Part shown: in pieces, positions 28,975 to 39,764 of the stretch
How the letters are laid out: each line of letters begins with the position of its first letter
Numbering within the stretch: position 1 is the first letter of the stretch
Source of the DNA: an uncultured delta proteobacterium
Lineage (GTDB): Bacteria; Desulfobacterota; Binatia; Binatales; Binataceae
Assembly: GCA_963842085.1 (NCBI GenBank)
Contig: CAWJET010000002.1
Span: 768,001 to 832,000, forward strand
Reading direction: 5' to 3'
Length of the DNA stretch: 64,000 nucleotides
Translations under genes and position numbers: made by a program
The notes under the pieces: generated by a model
What the model saw: the letters and a program-made list of their open reading frames with translations, nothing else
Databases searched by the model: none
What the model was told of the DNA's origin: nothing

Positions 28975-29141
28975 GTTCTTCCTCGTCGGTCCCCGTCGAT
29001 CTGGTTTCAATTATAGCCGCCGCGCCGCAGATGTCTAATCGTGCTCTGTCGGGTGTCGGGCTGACAGTTTATTCCACCGAATGCCTCGCTTGGGCAAGCG
29101 TTCGAGTGTTCGTTCTTGGCCGTGATCGGTAGTATTCCCGC

Positions 29142-29978
29142 GTGACCAGATTCGCCGCCTGCTTCATCCTCGTCTTCGGAGAACTCGCCTGGGGCGGGCT
29201 TTTCGCCCTGGCGATTCCGCCTTTCTTTAAGGTCGAGCGCGGCTTTTACAAATCGAGCGCTTCGGTTTACCTGGCCGCCTCGCTGACCACCGCCGTCGGC
29301 CTGGGATTGCTGGCGTCGCGCGGCGGCGGGTCCGCGGGACCGGGCGCCGGGTCATTGTGGACGGCGGCGGCGCTGTGGACCCTGTCGAGCACCGCAACCG
29401 CCGTCTATCTTTACACCCTTTGGACCGAAAACGGCCTGCTGCGCGCGCGAGCGTACGCGCTCGGCTTGGGCCTCGGCCTCGTCGCCCTGATTGCCAACGT
29501 GATGCTCCTGATGCCGTCCGGTTTCGGCGCGGCCGCCGCCGTCGCCTACGGACTTACCGCCATCACCTCGGCGCTGGTCCTGGGACTGGTGAGCGGCGCG
29601 ATGCTGTTTGGACATTGGTATCTCATCGACCTCGAGATGCCGGTCGATTACTTGCGCACCTTCATCCGGTTGCTGGGGATCGTGCTGGTCGCGGACTTGG
29701 TCGCGCTCGGCCTCGCGATCGCAATCCCTGCGACCCTCGGCAGCACCGGCGCGGTTGCCGCCGTGCACGAGCTATTCGCCTCGCATTCAGGACTGCTGGC
29801 AGTCCGCCTTATACTCGGCCCGGTCGCGACGATCGTGCTGGTCTGGATGTGCTGGCAGACGCTGAAAATTCCTCAGACGATGGCGGCAACCGGCCTGCTC
29901 TACATCGCAGTGATGTCGGTGCTGGTCGGAGAAATGCTCGGCCGCTTCATCCTGTTCAGAACCGCCATCCCGCTCTGA
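29142..29978 (+). CDS. Multi-pass membrane protein
   Basis: About 8 TM helices; MLFGHWYL and ATGLLY..V..V..GE motifs. Confidence 0.8.
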   Translation: MTRFAACFILVFGELAWGGLFALAIPPFFKVERGFYKSSASVYLAASLTTAVGLGLLASRGGGSAGPGAGSLWTAAALWTLSSTATAVYLYTLWTENGLLRARAYALGLGLGLVALIANVMLLMPSGFGAAAAVAYGLTAITSALVLGLVSGAMLFGHWYLIDLEMPVDYLRTFIRLLGIVLVADLVALGLAIAIPATLGSTGAVAAVHELFASHSGLLAVRLILGPVATIVLVWMCWQTLKIPQTMAATGLLYIAVMSVLVGEMLGRFILFRTAIPL

Positions 29979-29989
29979 TTCGGCTCGTC

Positions 29990-30796
29990 TCAGACAAAAC
30001 TCTTCTTCTCTTCGAAAAAGAATGCTCTGTCAGCCGCGATGACGACGATCGAAATGACCAACAAGACACCAGTCACGATGCATTTGGTAAATTGTTCGGT
30101 CTGGAACGCCTCCGACGTTGCATCCAGTGCCATATGGAACAGGATCGCAAGCACGATGCTGCGATTGTTTTTGTAGTACAGCCAGTTGATGAGGATGGCT
30201 GCGGGGACGACGCTGACAAAGAAGTTGACGACGTAAATCGGGCTCATCTCCCACAAGCCGTGTTGATAGTTGTGATCGATGAAGAACAGCGGCACGTGCC
30301 ACATCGCCCATAGGAGAGCGAACAACAGCGTCGCGGGCAGCATGCCGAATTTCGCCCGGAGACTGTCCATTCCGTAGCCGCGCCATCCGAGCTCTTCGAA
30401 AGTGGGAGCTAGAAGGATGATCGGCAGCATCGCCGCCAATCCGCCCGAAAAGCGGAACTGATCGGCGGATCGGCCAACAACCACCGACAGCGCTGTCGAA
30501 AGAAACAACGCCAACGGCATCAGCAGCAGGGTGATCAGTAGGTAGCCCGGCTTGATCAGCCTGAGACTTACGAGTCTATCCTTGAAATCACGCTTCAGAT
30601 CCCGGCTTCCTGAACACCAGGTCATGATCAGCGCCGCGAAAAAGGGTCCTAGCAGGCCGAGCAGCGCGAAAAGATTGCTGAGGATGCTCATTCCAGGCCG
30701 GTAGCTGTAGTGCGCGGCGAATATCCACGGCGTCCAAGTCAGTAGGAACACCAGCGCAAAATAGCTAAGCGGTCTGTATCTGTAGGAATCGCTCAC
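29990..30796 (-). CDS. CPBP (CAAX) intramembrane glutamic endopeptidase
   Basis: EELGWRG, W..WH.P, H...D motifs; lower GC than neighbours. Confidence 0.92.
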   Translation of the reverse strand: MSDSYRYRPLSYFALVFLLTWTPWIFAAHYSYRPGMSILSNLFALLGLLGPFFAALIMTWCSGSRDLKRDFKDRLVSLRLIKPGYLLITLLLMPLALFLSTALSVVVGRSADQFRFSGGLAAMLPIILLAPTFEELGWRGYGMDSLRAKFGMLPATLLFALLWAMWHVPLFFIDHNYQHGLWEMSPIYVVNFFVSVVPAAILINWLYYKNNRSIVLAILFHMALDATSEAFQTEQFTKCIVTGVLLVISIVVIAADRAFFFEEKKSFV

Positions 30797-30888
30797 GCGG
30801 TCCGCTCGATTCGATTACTCGCGCCCTCGGGAGTTGGAGCCAGACCTTTCGACGAGTCCGAGTCCTGAAGCTCGGGGCTGGGCTACTG

Positions 30889-30965
30889 TGGCGCGCCCGG
30901 AGGGATTCGAACCCCCAACCCTCAGATCCGAAGTCTGATGCTCTATCCAGTTGAGCTACGGGCGC
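30889..30965 (-). tRNA. tRNA-Arg (anticodon TCG), 77 nt, CCA encoded
   Basis: GCGCCCG/CGGGCGC acceptor stem, TAGCTCAACTGGATAGAGC D arm, TCAGA-CTTCGGA-TCTGA anticodon arm, GTTCGAATC T loop. Confidence 0.96.
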
Positions 30966-31017
30966 GCGCTAGGAAACATAAGGGGTTTTCGGCGTGGAAG
31001 CCAGAGGCCGGGTGGTC

Positions 31018-31041
31018 TGACACCCGAAGTTGACACCCGAA
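31018..31041 (+). repeat. Putative integrase arm-type sites (left)
   Basis: TGACACCCGAA twice; the same TGACACCC core occurs twice at 49363-49381. Confidence 0.6.
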
Positions 31042-31180
31042 CTGGGTCGAGCTCAGGGGGTGAGCATCAAACATTTTGGGGTGGTGACGCATTCGGATCG
31101 CGACGTGTCGCGAGTGGCGCACCAACCGGTCACAGTGGGCTGTGTATACGCGCGCGACCACCCGCGGGGGGCCATTAGAA

Positions 31181-31293
31181 TAGGAAAAATCATCGTCACT
31201 CTCGTCACCATCGTCACTCGACCTTAAAATCAAGGAGTTACGGATGACGATCGCGGTGACGGTCGTTTCTTTGGCAATCGTCACCGAACCGAA
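31181..31293. repeat. Iteron-like array (TCGTCAC/GTGACG), putative replication origin
   Basis: Three direct copies, an AT-rich spacer TTAAAATCAAGGAGTTA, then inverted copies. Confidence 0.55.
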
Positions 31294-31475
31294 AGTGACG
31301 GTCGCGCCACTCGCCAGAGGTCGCACGTCGCGAACATCTGCCGGCGCGCGCGCGCCCATACGCGGCGCATGGCGTTGCCCTATTACGTGTTCCCCGTCAG
31401 CACAAGTTGGACAATTCGAGGCGATTGAGGAAGAGAGGGTTTTTGGCTCATCTTTAACCGCGGAAGGAGCGGTAG

Positions 31476-31850
31476 ATGAGATCGAAAATCGATGCGCAGT
31501 CGGATGGGGCGGAAAAGGCGGTACGCGACATAAGGCGGGCGACCCGCCGGCACTTCTCGGCTGAGGACAAGGTCCGGATCGTGATCGCCGGCCTGCGCGG
31601 CGAGGATAGCGTGGCCGAGTTGTGCCGCAAGGAAGGGATCAACCAGAACCTCTACTATCGCTGGTCCAAGGACTTCCTGGAGGCGGGCAAGAGGCGGCTG
31701 GCCGGCGATACCGCGCGTGAAGCGACCAGCGATGAAGTCAAGGAGCTGCGGGCGGAGAGCCATCAGCTCAAGGAACTGCTGGCCGAACTGATGATGGAGA
31801 ACCGCCTGCTCAAAAAAAGCGTGCTGGCGGATGGGGAGTCCGATATATGA
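31476..31850 (+). CDS. IS transposase OrfA (HTH); A7G frameshift signal at 31812-31819
   Basis: RRHFSAEDK.RIV, ELCRKEGI...YYRW; AAAAAAAG. Confidence 0.9.
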   Translation: MRSKIDAQSDGAEKAVRDIRRATRRHFSAEDKVRIVIAGLRGEDSVAELCRKEGINQNLYYRWSKDFLEAGKRRLAGDTAREATSDEVKELRAESHQLKELLAELMMENRLLKKSVLADGESDI

Positions 31851-32860
31851 GGTACGCGGCCGCCGAGAAGCTGGAGATCATCCGGCTGGTCGAGCAGTCG
31901 TCGCTGCCGGTGCGGCGCACCCTGGAGCAGATCGGCATCCCACGGTCCACCTTCTATTGCTGGTACGATCGCTATCGAACTCGCGATGATGAAGGGCTGG
32001 AGGATCGCACGCCGGCGCCGCGGCGGGTGTGGAACAAGCTCCCAGCTGCAGTTACTCAGGCCGTGCTCGAGCTTGCGCTCAAAGAACCGCAGCTATCGCC
32101 GCGGGAGTTGGCGGTCTCGTTCGTCGACCAGCAGCAGTACTTCGTCTCGGAAGCCTCAGTTTATCGGCTGCTGAAGGCGCACGACCTGATCACCAGCCCG
32201 GCCTTCATCTTGATGAAGGCAGCCGACAGCTTCGCCCATCCAACCACCGCACCCAATCAACTCTGGCAGACCGACTTTACCTACCTGCGGGTGATCGGCT
32301 GGGGCTGGTTCTATCTGTCGACTGTCCTTGATGACTTCTCGCGCTATATCCTGGCCTGGAAGCTGTGTACCACCATGACTGCCACCGATGTCTCCGACAC
32401 CCTCGCGATGGCGCTGCGCAACTCCGGGTTGGAGCGCGTCCGCGTCCGGCACCGGCCGCGCCTGCTGAGCGACAACGGACCGTCGTACGTGTCGGCCCAG
32501 CTTGGCTCCTGGCTCGCGGAGCATGGCATGATGCATACCCGCGGCAAGCCCTATCACCCGATGACCCAGGGTAAGATCGAACGTTACCATCGTTCGATGA
32601 AGAACCAGATCCTGCTCGAGAACTACTACCTGCCCGGTCAGCTCGAAGCGCGCCTGGCCGAGTTCGTCGACTACTACAACTCGCGCCGCTACCACGAAAG
32701 TCTCAACAACCTGACCCCGGCCGACGTCTACTTCGGCCGAGGTCCCGCGATTCTGTCACGGAGGAAAAATGCCAAACTGAAAACCATCGAAGCCAGACGC
32801 CGGCTGCATCATTCGTTCGCAGCCAAAGGTTCAACTCAGATGGACCAGATCCTCTCTTAA
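31847..32860 (+). CDS. IS transposase OrfB (DDE integrase core)
   Basis: WQTDFTY, DDFSR, SDNG, GKIER. Confidence 0.93.
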   Translation: MRYAAAEKLEIIRLVEQSSLPVRRTLEQIGIPRSTFYCWYDRYRTRDDEGLEDRTPAPRRVWNKLPAAVTQAVLELALKEPQLSPRELAVSFVDQQQYFVSEASVYRLLKAHDLITSPAFILMKAADSFAHPTTAPNQLWQTDFTYLRVIGWGWFYLSTVLDDFSRYILAWKLCTTMTATDVSDTLAMALRNSGLERVRVRHRPRLLSDNGPSYVSAQLGSWLAEHGMMHTRGKPYHPMTQGKIERYHRSMKNQILLENYYLPGQLEARLAEFVDYYNSRRYHESLNNLTPADVYFGRGPAILSRRKNAKLKTIEARRRLHHSFAAKGSTQMDQILS

Positions 32861-33308
32861 TTCCTGTGCCAACTTGTCCAATAGGTTCTGACGACGTACA
32901 GGCCATATTCCGGCCATATTCCTATGTATTTCGACGAATCCACCGCGCGTTAGCGGACATTAACGTTCCCTTCTAGTCAGCCGACGGAAGAGGCTTAGCG
33001 TGAGATTTCTTGGCAACAAGGGCGTCTCCTACGAAGAGCGCGGTGTCGTGAAATGGCGGTGCGAAGGTTGCGGTTCTCGGTTCGATCTTTTAACCGACCG
33101 ATGAGAATACCGCCCAACGAGATTCCGGAATGCCCCGACATCTGCTGGAGGAAACTCGCTGAGGACTAGGGCGTCGCGCCCGACTGGTGAAAACCGGAAA
33201 CGCAGAGGACTCCGGCGGGGGCTCAGATCAACCGCCAGAGACCTTTGATTCCCTTGTGTGTCGCAGCAGTCCGGCTCGCGCGCTTAGAAGAATTCGCCTG
33301 GGAATCGC

Positions 33309-33812
33309 TCAGCCCAAATCTGACGGGCTGTAAACGGTGAGTTCCGGAATGATGTCAAAATCAGCGTCGCGAGTAGCGAGCGATCGGATGTCACGCTCAA
33401 AGCATGCCGCTGCAATGAGCGAGTCGTTCGTCAGAAGACCGTGTTCGGATCTGATTCGCTGCGCAGCACGATGGCGCGCCTCGTTGGAGGCGAGGACGAC
33501 CAAGTTCCACTGGAAGATCCGAGCCGTCAGTTCCCAATACTTGCGCAATCCTCGAATGGCGTCGTGCTTCGATTTCAGCGCAGATGCTGCCGGTCTGCTG
33601 ATCAGGCCCAGGTCCATAGCTTCTTTGACCATCAGCCGATGACAGACCTCGCCGACCACCTCGGTCGTCGTCACACCTGCGACCTCTTCCTTCCGGCAAC
33701 GCTCTATCAGGTCCGCGCACTGGCCCGACTCCCCCAATAGACCGTAGATGAAGATGTTAGCATCAACGAAAACGAGGGTCCCGCCGGGCAGTGCGGGCAG
33801 CGGGCGAGGCAT
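33309..33812 (-). CDS. PIN-domain (VapC-like) toxin
   Basis: FVDANIF, E, ND, T.D.DF. Confidence 0.88.
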   Translation of the reverse strand: MPRPLPALPGGTLVFVDANIFIYGLLGESGQCADLIERCRKEEVAGVTTTEVVGEVCHRLMVKEAMDLGLISRPAASALKSKHDAIRGLRKYWELTARIFQWNLVVLASNEARHRAAQRIRSEHGLLTNDSLIAAACFERDIRSLATRDADFDIIPELTVYSPSDLG

Positions 33813-34082
33813 CTAAAGATATTCGAGGTCCGGATCTTCTGCGATCCACTTGAGGGTCTCGGGGTCGAGCTTCTTAAAAGTCGAAGCAATCTCGATCGCT
33901 TCCTTCCAGGCCTGCTCGGCGCGCGCGATACGCTGAGCACGGCCCTTGGCGGGCCAATGCTTGCGAATGAACGCCGCTACCTTTGGGCTCGTCTCCTTCA
34001 TCGATGAATCGGAGACCTTCGCCACCCGATTCGCGGACTTGGCCCCTGGAGAAGATGAGCGTTTTGCACGCGCTCCACTCAT
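33813..34082 (-). CDS. Putative antitoxin upstream of the PIN toxin
   Basis: Stop codon abuts the toxin ATG; acidic C-terminus WIAEDPDLEY. Confidence 0.6.
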   Translation of the reverse strand: MSGARAKRSSSPGAKSANRVAKVSDSSMKETSPKVAAFIRKHWPAKGRAQRIARAEQAWKEAIEIASTFKKLDPETLKWIAEDPDLEYL

Positions 34083-34363
34083 GTTTACCAATCTACCACT
34101 CAACCGCGGCGAGAGCGACGACCGCGAGCGGGCCCTTGTACCGACGGAGCTCGCCCGAAAACACAGCACGGCGCCGAACTTGAACAGTTCCCCGCCTTCG
34201 AGCGGATGACCTCAGCACATTCCTCAACACCCGATTTGCCAACACGACTCGAAACAACGCCCAAACTCGCGGATTTCATGCGCTAACAAATGCGCATTTG
34301 CGCCTACGCCTCGCTTCGCCTACTCTGTAGACTTCCCGAATGGTGAGGGAATTGGGGTAAGGG

Positions 34364-36975
34364 GTGGGAGCAGCAGTCGCTTCAAACAGAGGTTCGGACC
34401 GTACACTTCCTCAACCGGGCGACATCGTGAGGGTCCGCACCCGACGATACCTCGTGGAATCGGTCGAGCCAGGCTCGGATCCGATCGTCGCCTCCGTCTG
34501 TTTGGACGACGACGCTCAAGGCGACCCGCTCGAAGTCGTATGGAACCTCGAGCTCGACACCGAAATTCTGGGCAAAGACGTATGGAAGTCGATCGGTCGA
34601 AAGGGATTCGACAGCAGGCGCTATTTCGCCGCGTACGTTCACACGCTTCGATGGAACTGCGTCACGGCAACCGACCCTCGACTCTTTCAAGCGCCTTTCC
34701 GAGCCGGCATTCGCCTCGACGCCTATCAGTTGGAGCCTTTGCGCAAGTCACTGCTGCTCCCGCGCGTTAATATTTTTATCGCCGACGACGTTGGCCTAGG
34801 AAAAACCATCGAAGCCGGACTTATTGCCAGCGAACTTCTTCTGCGCCGGCGCGTTCGAGAAATCGTGGTTGCATGTCCGCCCACGATGCTGCCGCAGTGG
34901 AAGGACGAGATGGAAGCACGATTCGGCCTCACCTTCCAAATCCTCGATCGCAACTACATTGACCAAGTCCGCCAGCAGTACGGTTTTGCTGTCAATCGGT
35001 GGACGACCTTCCCTCGTTTTCTTGTTTCGCACAATCTGCTCATTGACGAAGCATACGCAGGGCCGCTCTGCGCATGGCTCGAAAACTTTCGAGCGGGCAC
35101 CTTGTTGATTCTGGACGAGGCGCATCATGCCGCTCCATCCAGCGGCGCCCGTTACGCGATCGACTCACGAATCACCCGCGCGATACGAGATATCGCGCCA
35201 CGTTTTGAACATCGGCTGTTTCTCTCTGCGACTCCTCACAACGGTCACTCGAACAGCTTCAGCGCATTGCTCGAAATCCTTGATTCTTATCGCTTCACGC
35301 GAGGTGTCCCGATTCTCAAGGGTCAGCTTGACCAGATGATGGTGCGGCGGCTCAAAGAAGACATTCGTCGTCTCGAGGGCGGATTTCCCGAGAGAATCGT
35401 CAAACAGGTCGGTATCGACGGACTGCCTACCGATGCACCCGAACTGCGACTCGCCAAGCTCCTGAGCGATTATGCGGATGTTCGAAGCGTCCGCACCGCG
35501 GGCGCAACCAGGAAGAAACAGGCCGAGGCGAAGCTGCTGATATCGGGACTTCAACAACGCCTGCTCTCATCGATTGAGGCCTTCGCGAAGACTCTGAAGG
35601 TTCATCGCCGCACCATCGAGAAACTCCGGGCAGCGGAGAGCCCCACCAAAACCCAGTCTGAGATCGACCCGCAGCTCATCCTCGGCAACTTTGATTCCGA
35701 CGATGAGCGCAGTCAGTTGCCCGAAGAGGAGCAAGAGAAGCTTCAGGACGCTGCCGTCGAGGCCGCCACCGAAAATACACGCGGAGATTCCGCGAAGGCT
35801 GACCTGCGAACCGAGCAGCAATTGCTCAACGAAATGGAGCAGGTCGCCGAAGCAGCCCGCGGTTTGCCAGATGCCAGAGTCCTCAAATTGATCGAATGGA
35901 TTAAATCCAACATGTGCGCCGGTGTGAGAGTGCCTGGGCAGCCGTCTCTGCAACCCAACGCCCCTTGGTCGGACTCGCGATTGCTCATATTTACGGAATA
36001 CGAAGACACACGGCGCTACATCGTCGCGATGCTTCGGGCGGCCGTGTCGGAAACACAGAATGCCGAAGAGCGCGTGAAGGTTTTTTCCGGCACCACAGCT
36101 GCGAGGGATCGCGAAGCGATCAAGCTCGCCTTTAATTCATCGCCCTCTGAGAATCCATTGCGGATTCTCGTTGCAACCGATGCCGCGCGCGAAGGCATCA
36201 ATCTTCAGGCTCACTGGTCGAACTTGTTTCACTTCGATCTGCCGTGGAATCCAAGCCGTATCGAGCAACGCAACGGACGTATCGATCGTAAGCTTCAACC
36301 CGCGGAGAAGGTCTTCTGCCACTACTTCTTCTACAAACAACGCGATGAAGATCGAATCTTAAAAGCCCTTTGGTCAGGAAGACGGACACCATACGTCGGG
36401 AGCTCGGTAGTCTCGCCGAGGTGCTCGAAGAACGGCTGCACCAAGCGGTCAAATTTTGAATTTCAAGGCGCGAGATCGACCAGAAAGTGCGCGATATTGA
36501 AAATGCCGGTCTCGAACCCGAGAAACGCGTGACGGCGGACGAAGAACTCGAATCGGCAAGGACACGACAGGACGCACTACTGGGCGAAATCGAAAGGCTC
36601 CAGGACCGACTCGAAAAAGCTAAAGAGTGGATCGCGCTGGACAACGATGCTCTCCGCGATGCGATATCGTGCTCGCTGGAGATGCTGAATGCCGAGCCTT
36701 TGAAACCGGCCGAGGCCAAGGGACAGGCCCGATTCGAGTTTCCGAATCTTGAAGCCAGGCATGGTGCAGACCCCACTTGGTCGACCACGCTCGACAATCT
36801 TCGCAAGCCCCCCAAAGATGGAAAGCGCGACTTCGAGTGGCGCAAGAACTCACCGATCCGGCCAGTAGTTTTCAACGCGCCACTCGGCATTGACGACGAT
36901 GTCGTTCAGCTTCATCTCCAACATCGAGTCGTTCAACGCCTTCTGGGCAGATTTCTCTCGCAAGGATTCGTAATC
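34364..36975 (+). pseudogene. drmD: DISARM SNF2-like helicase DrmD; frameshift near 36370, in-frame TGA at 36457, 3'-truncated
   Basis: LRWNCVTATDP.LFQAPFRAGI, ADDVGLGKTIEAG, DEAHH, SATPHNG, ATDAAREG, PWNP.R.EQRNGRIDR; continues VRKTDTIRRELGSL in another frame. Confidence 0.85.
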
Positions 36976-36991
36976 GACGCGGAAATCGAAG

Positions 36992-37070
36992 AAATTCCCT
37001 GTATTTTTCCTGATGATCAGGGAATTTGACGCTGGAGAGCAGTTCGCATCAGACTGCGTCATCCCGCAGC
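36992..37070. other. Inverted repeat plus tRNA-3'-end-like hairpin; possible end of another mobile element that truncates drmD
   Basis: AAATTCCCTG-N16-CAGGGAATTT, then GCAGTTCGCATCAGACTGC. Confidence 0.45.
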
Positions 37071-37233
37071 CAGTCATAACAAAACGCGTTATCTCCCGGA
37101 TCTGGTCGCGAACCGAGACGAATCAAGTTTTGAGAAACGGCAAGCGTTCGCGCGGGTCTAGACCCGCGCAGCGTGCGCAAACACCCGCCATCTGTTATGG
37201 TCTGCGACGAACTTGTTCCGGAGGTAAACAGCT

Positions 37234-37527
37234 ATGGCAACATTCATGGTTCTGGCCCGCTACACGCATCAGGGTGTCGAGCACGTGAAGGCCTCGCCCG
37301 AACGACTCGAGGCGGTCAAGAAGGCTTTCCACACCAAGGGCGCGGAGGTGAAGGCCTTCTATACCTTGATGGGTGAGTACGATTCCCTCCTGATTGTGGA
37401 GGCCCCGTCGGACGAGATCATGGCGCAACTTGCGCTCGGAGTGGAAAGCAAAGGCAACGTGCGCACCGAGACCCATCGCGCCTTCAGCGAAGCCGAGTTC
37501 CGCAAGATCGTAGCGGGAATGTCTTAG
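37234..37527 (+). CDS. GYD-domain protein
   Basis: YT.QG, Y..MGEYD....EAP, GNVRTET..AF. Confidence 0.9.
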   Translation: MATFMVLARYTHQGVEHVKASPERLEAVKKAFHTKGAEVKAFYTLMGEYDSLLIVEAPSDEIMAQLALGVESKGNVRTETHRAFSEAEFRKIVAGMS

Positions 37528-38086
37528 GCCCTGCCACACAGGCGATGGCGCAGCGCCGCGGCCAGTTCTCATCTTGTCGGTGAGTTCTCGACGAGAGTCG
37601 CCATGTTCTCCACGCTGGCTTTGGTTGCGGTGGGGGGCGCAATCGTGGAGAATGCTCAACTTTTGCTGGAACACCTGCTGCGCTTTCTAACTCAGGACAC
37701 TAGCGCGGGCGGATAGTCCAGCCGCGGCCCGAGCAGATCACCTCGCCCGCCTGGTTGTAAAAGACGTTGTCATGGACCACGAACAGGCGTTCCCACTGTC
37801 CGCCATTTGTCGGTCGCGCGCCCGTCTGCTAAATCGTTCTCGATATGAACCCCCGCCACGCCGCCGCGCTCGCGCTTGTGGGCTGATAAAAGAAAGGCAC
37901 GCGGGGGCTTCACCATGAGGGCATGTGGCCGAGCGTGCCATCGGCTACCCCTGGGGGGGAGTGCGAAGCCGACCATCTTCATTTAGTAGCCGCACGCAAT
38001 TATCGCTACCCACGGCGCGTTCCGAGCGGAACGATTCCGAACTTTCGCATCACGCTTATCCACAGCAAAGGAAGTTAAGCCACCCC

Positions 38087-39300
38087 TGTGCTCCGCAATA
38101 ATGATCGGTACTCAGGCAGCACGAGCGACGACACTGTACTCGTGGTGAATTCCGTTTAGGACTGGGCGAGCGACAATTGAAACTGGCCGGTCGAAATGGT
38201 GTCGGTGGCGTTGCAGGAGCGGGAAGGCTGCATGTGGACCGGGAACACCCGGTCCCAAGGAGGAATGTGGTCTGCCTTGGTTGTAGTGGGCCATCCAAGA
38301 CACCAGAGTTTTCCTCAAATGCCCTTCGCTCAGCGGAATGATCCAATCGAGGCACTCCCGCCGCAGAGTCCCGATCAGCCGTTCACAAAGCGAGTTCGCC
38401 CGCGGACTATGCACCGGCGTGGTGATCACCTTGAGGCCTAGGTGCGTCAGCGAAGCATTCAATTCGGCCGAAAAGATCCTGTCGTGGTCATGAATGATGA
38501 AGCGATACTCGTGGTCGGACGGGATAGCTTCTCGCAATTGCTGAAGCGTCCAGGCGGCGGTGGGATGAGCGGTGGCATTTAAGTGAATCAATCGACGCGA
38601 GGCATGCTCCATAGCCACAAATACGTAGAGGATTCGAAAGGTGGCGGTCACCGCGACGCAGAAGTCACACGCGATGATTCCCCGAGCGTGATTCCTTAGA
38701 AAAGTCGCCCACCGCTGGTCGCCACGCGGTCCTCCGGGCGGCGCCGCCGGCAACTTCTGCACGTACTTTCTGATTGTCCGCGGCGACACGCGCAGACCGA
38801 GCTTGAGCAGCAGTTCGTTTGCGATGCGCTCCTCGCCCCACGAGGGGTTCTCGCGCGCCATTTTGCGAATCAGATGTTGAAGTTCGAGAGGGGTTGGCCG
38901 TCGGCCAGCTTCGGACTGCCAGCGCCAGAAGAGGCGGAAGCCCTTGCGGTGCCAGGCAACCAAGGTCTTGGGCCTCACGACGACCAACGCGTTGCGCCAA
39001 TCGAACCAGCGGCTGAGCAGCACGAGCGTCAGGCGGGTCGGATTGTCGGCACGTCGGGGCTTGACCTTGCGCTCTTGATAAAAGGCGAGCTGCTTGCGCA
39101 GGAACAGATTCTCGGCCGCTAGCGAGGTTCTGGAGCGCAAGCCGAGACACAGAAAGTGAACTAGATCATACACGACCCTTAGCCAACTCAGCCCTGCGCC
39201 CACCATGCAACCGGCCCTCTTTCGTCAACGGATGTCTCCGTAAAATCCCTAAGAACTATGCGCGTTTCAAACCAGAGCGAAATGATTTTTGCGGACCACA
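38087..39300 (-). mobile_element. IS481-like element (TGT...ACA)
   Basis: IRs TGTGCTCCGCAATAATGAT and TGTGGTCCGCAAAAATCAT (16/19); no target duplication. Confidence 0.75.
38112..39206 (-). CDS. Integrase-core-domain transposase
   Basis: ENL.LR.QL, ENP.WG, ACDF, HD.D..F, ER.IGTLRRECLD, YN..RPH. Confidence 0.9.
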   Translation of the reverse strand: MVGAGLSWLRVVYDLVHFLCLGLRSRTSLAAENLFLRKQLAFYQERKVKPRRADNPTRLTLVLLSRWFDWRNALVVVRPKTLVAWHRKGFRLFWRWQSEAGRRPTPLELQHLIRKMARENPSWGEERIANELLLKLGLRVSPRTIRKYVQKLPAAPPGGPRGDQRWATFLRNHARGIIACDFCVAVTATFRILYVFVAMEHASRRLIHLNATAHPTAAWTLQQLREAIPSDHEYRFIIHDHDRIFSAELNASLTHLGLKVITTPVHSPRANSLCERLIGTLRRECLDWIIPLSEGHLRKTLVSWMAHYNQGRPHSSLGPGVPGPHAAFPLLQRHRHHFDRPVSIVARPVLNGIHHEYSVVARAA

Positions 39301-39764
39301 AGATCCCAATCCCGAATAGATCTGACAAGTTACCACCGTTCAGTTGCTCAGCGTTGGCGATAACGACGCGTTCTTCCCGACTAACGCTAAATCTCACGCG
39401 ACCGGCTTCGGTCTCAGGAAATCTGCCCGCAGCTAAAGTGTCCGTCTCGATCGGAGCGTGAGCAACTCGACTTTACGATCACCAAAAAACCAGCGCTGCC
39501 GCCCCATATGCCGCGACGCCGGTTCGAAGACTGTGCGCCAGCGGTGCCGCAGTTGTTGCAACGACCGTCAGCCGGTCGGCTCCACGACGTAATTCCATGG
39601 GCTACTGATGGCCAATTAGACGCGACCCGCATGCTTGGCAGTTCGTGATTTCGCCGACCTCGTCACCAACGACGCCGGCACACGCGGTGAAATCCAACGC
39701 TGCGCGCGAAGACGAGCCGCAGCGATTCTGAGTGGCGGATGGGCGCACATCATGATAAGCCGTC

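Larger units (their letters stand above)
31388..32900 (+). mobile_element. IS3-like insertion sequence with TGT...ACA ends
   Basis: IRs TGTTCCCCGTCAGCACAAGTTGGACAA and TGTACGTCGTCAGAACCTATTGGACAA; no target duplication. Confidence 0.85.

Noticed and set aside
31181-31293. Short repeats as a possible CRISPR array
   Set aside because: Units are 7-9 bp with no unique spacers of regular length, and no cas genes are present.
33000-33168. Small CxxC zinc-ribbon-like ORF remnant
   Set aside because: Interrupted and too short to assign.
36457-36459. TGA in drmD as selenocysteine or recoded Gly/Trp
   Set aside because: It lies next to a frameshift and a truncation, and TGA is a normal stop elsewhere in the window; decay is simpler.
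37530-38050. Short ORFs between the GYD gene and the IS481-like element
   Set aside because: No recognisable motifs; probably decayed sequence.
38056-38064. DnaA box as oriC
   Set aside because: Single box, with no cluster and no dnaA/dnaN context.
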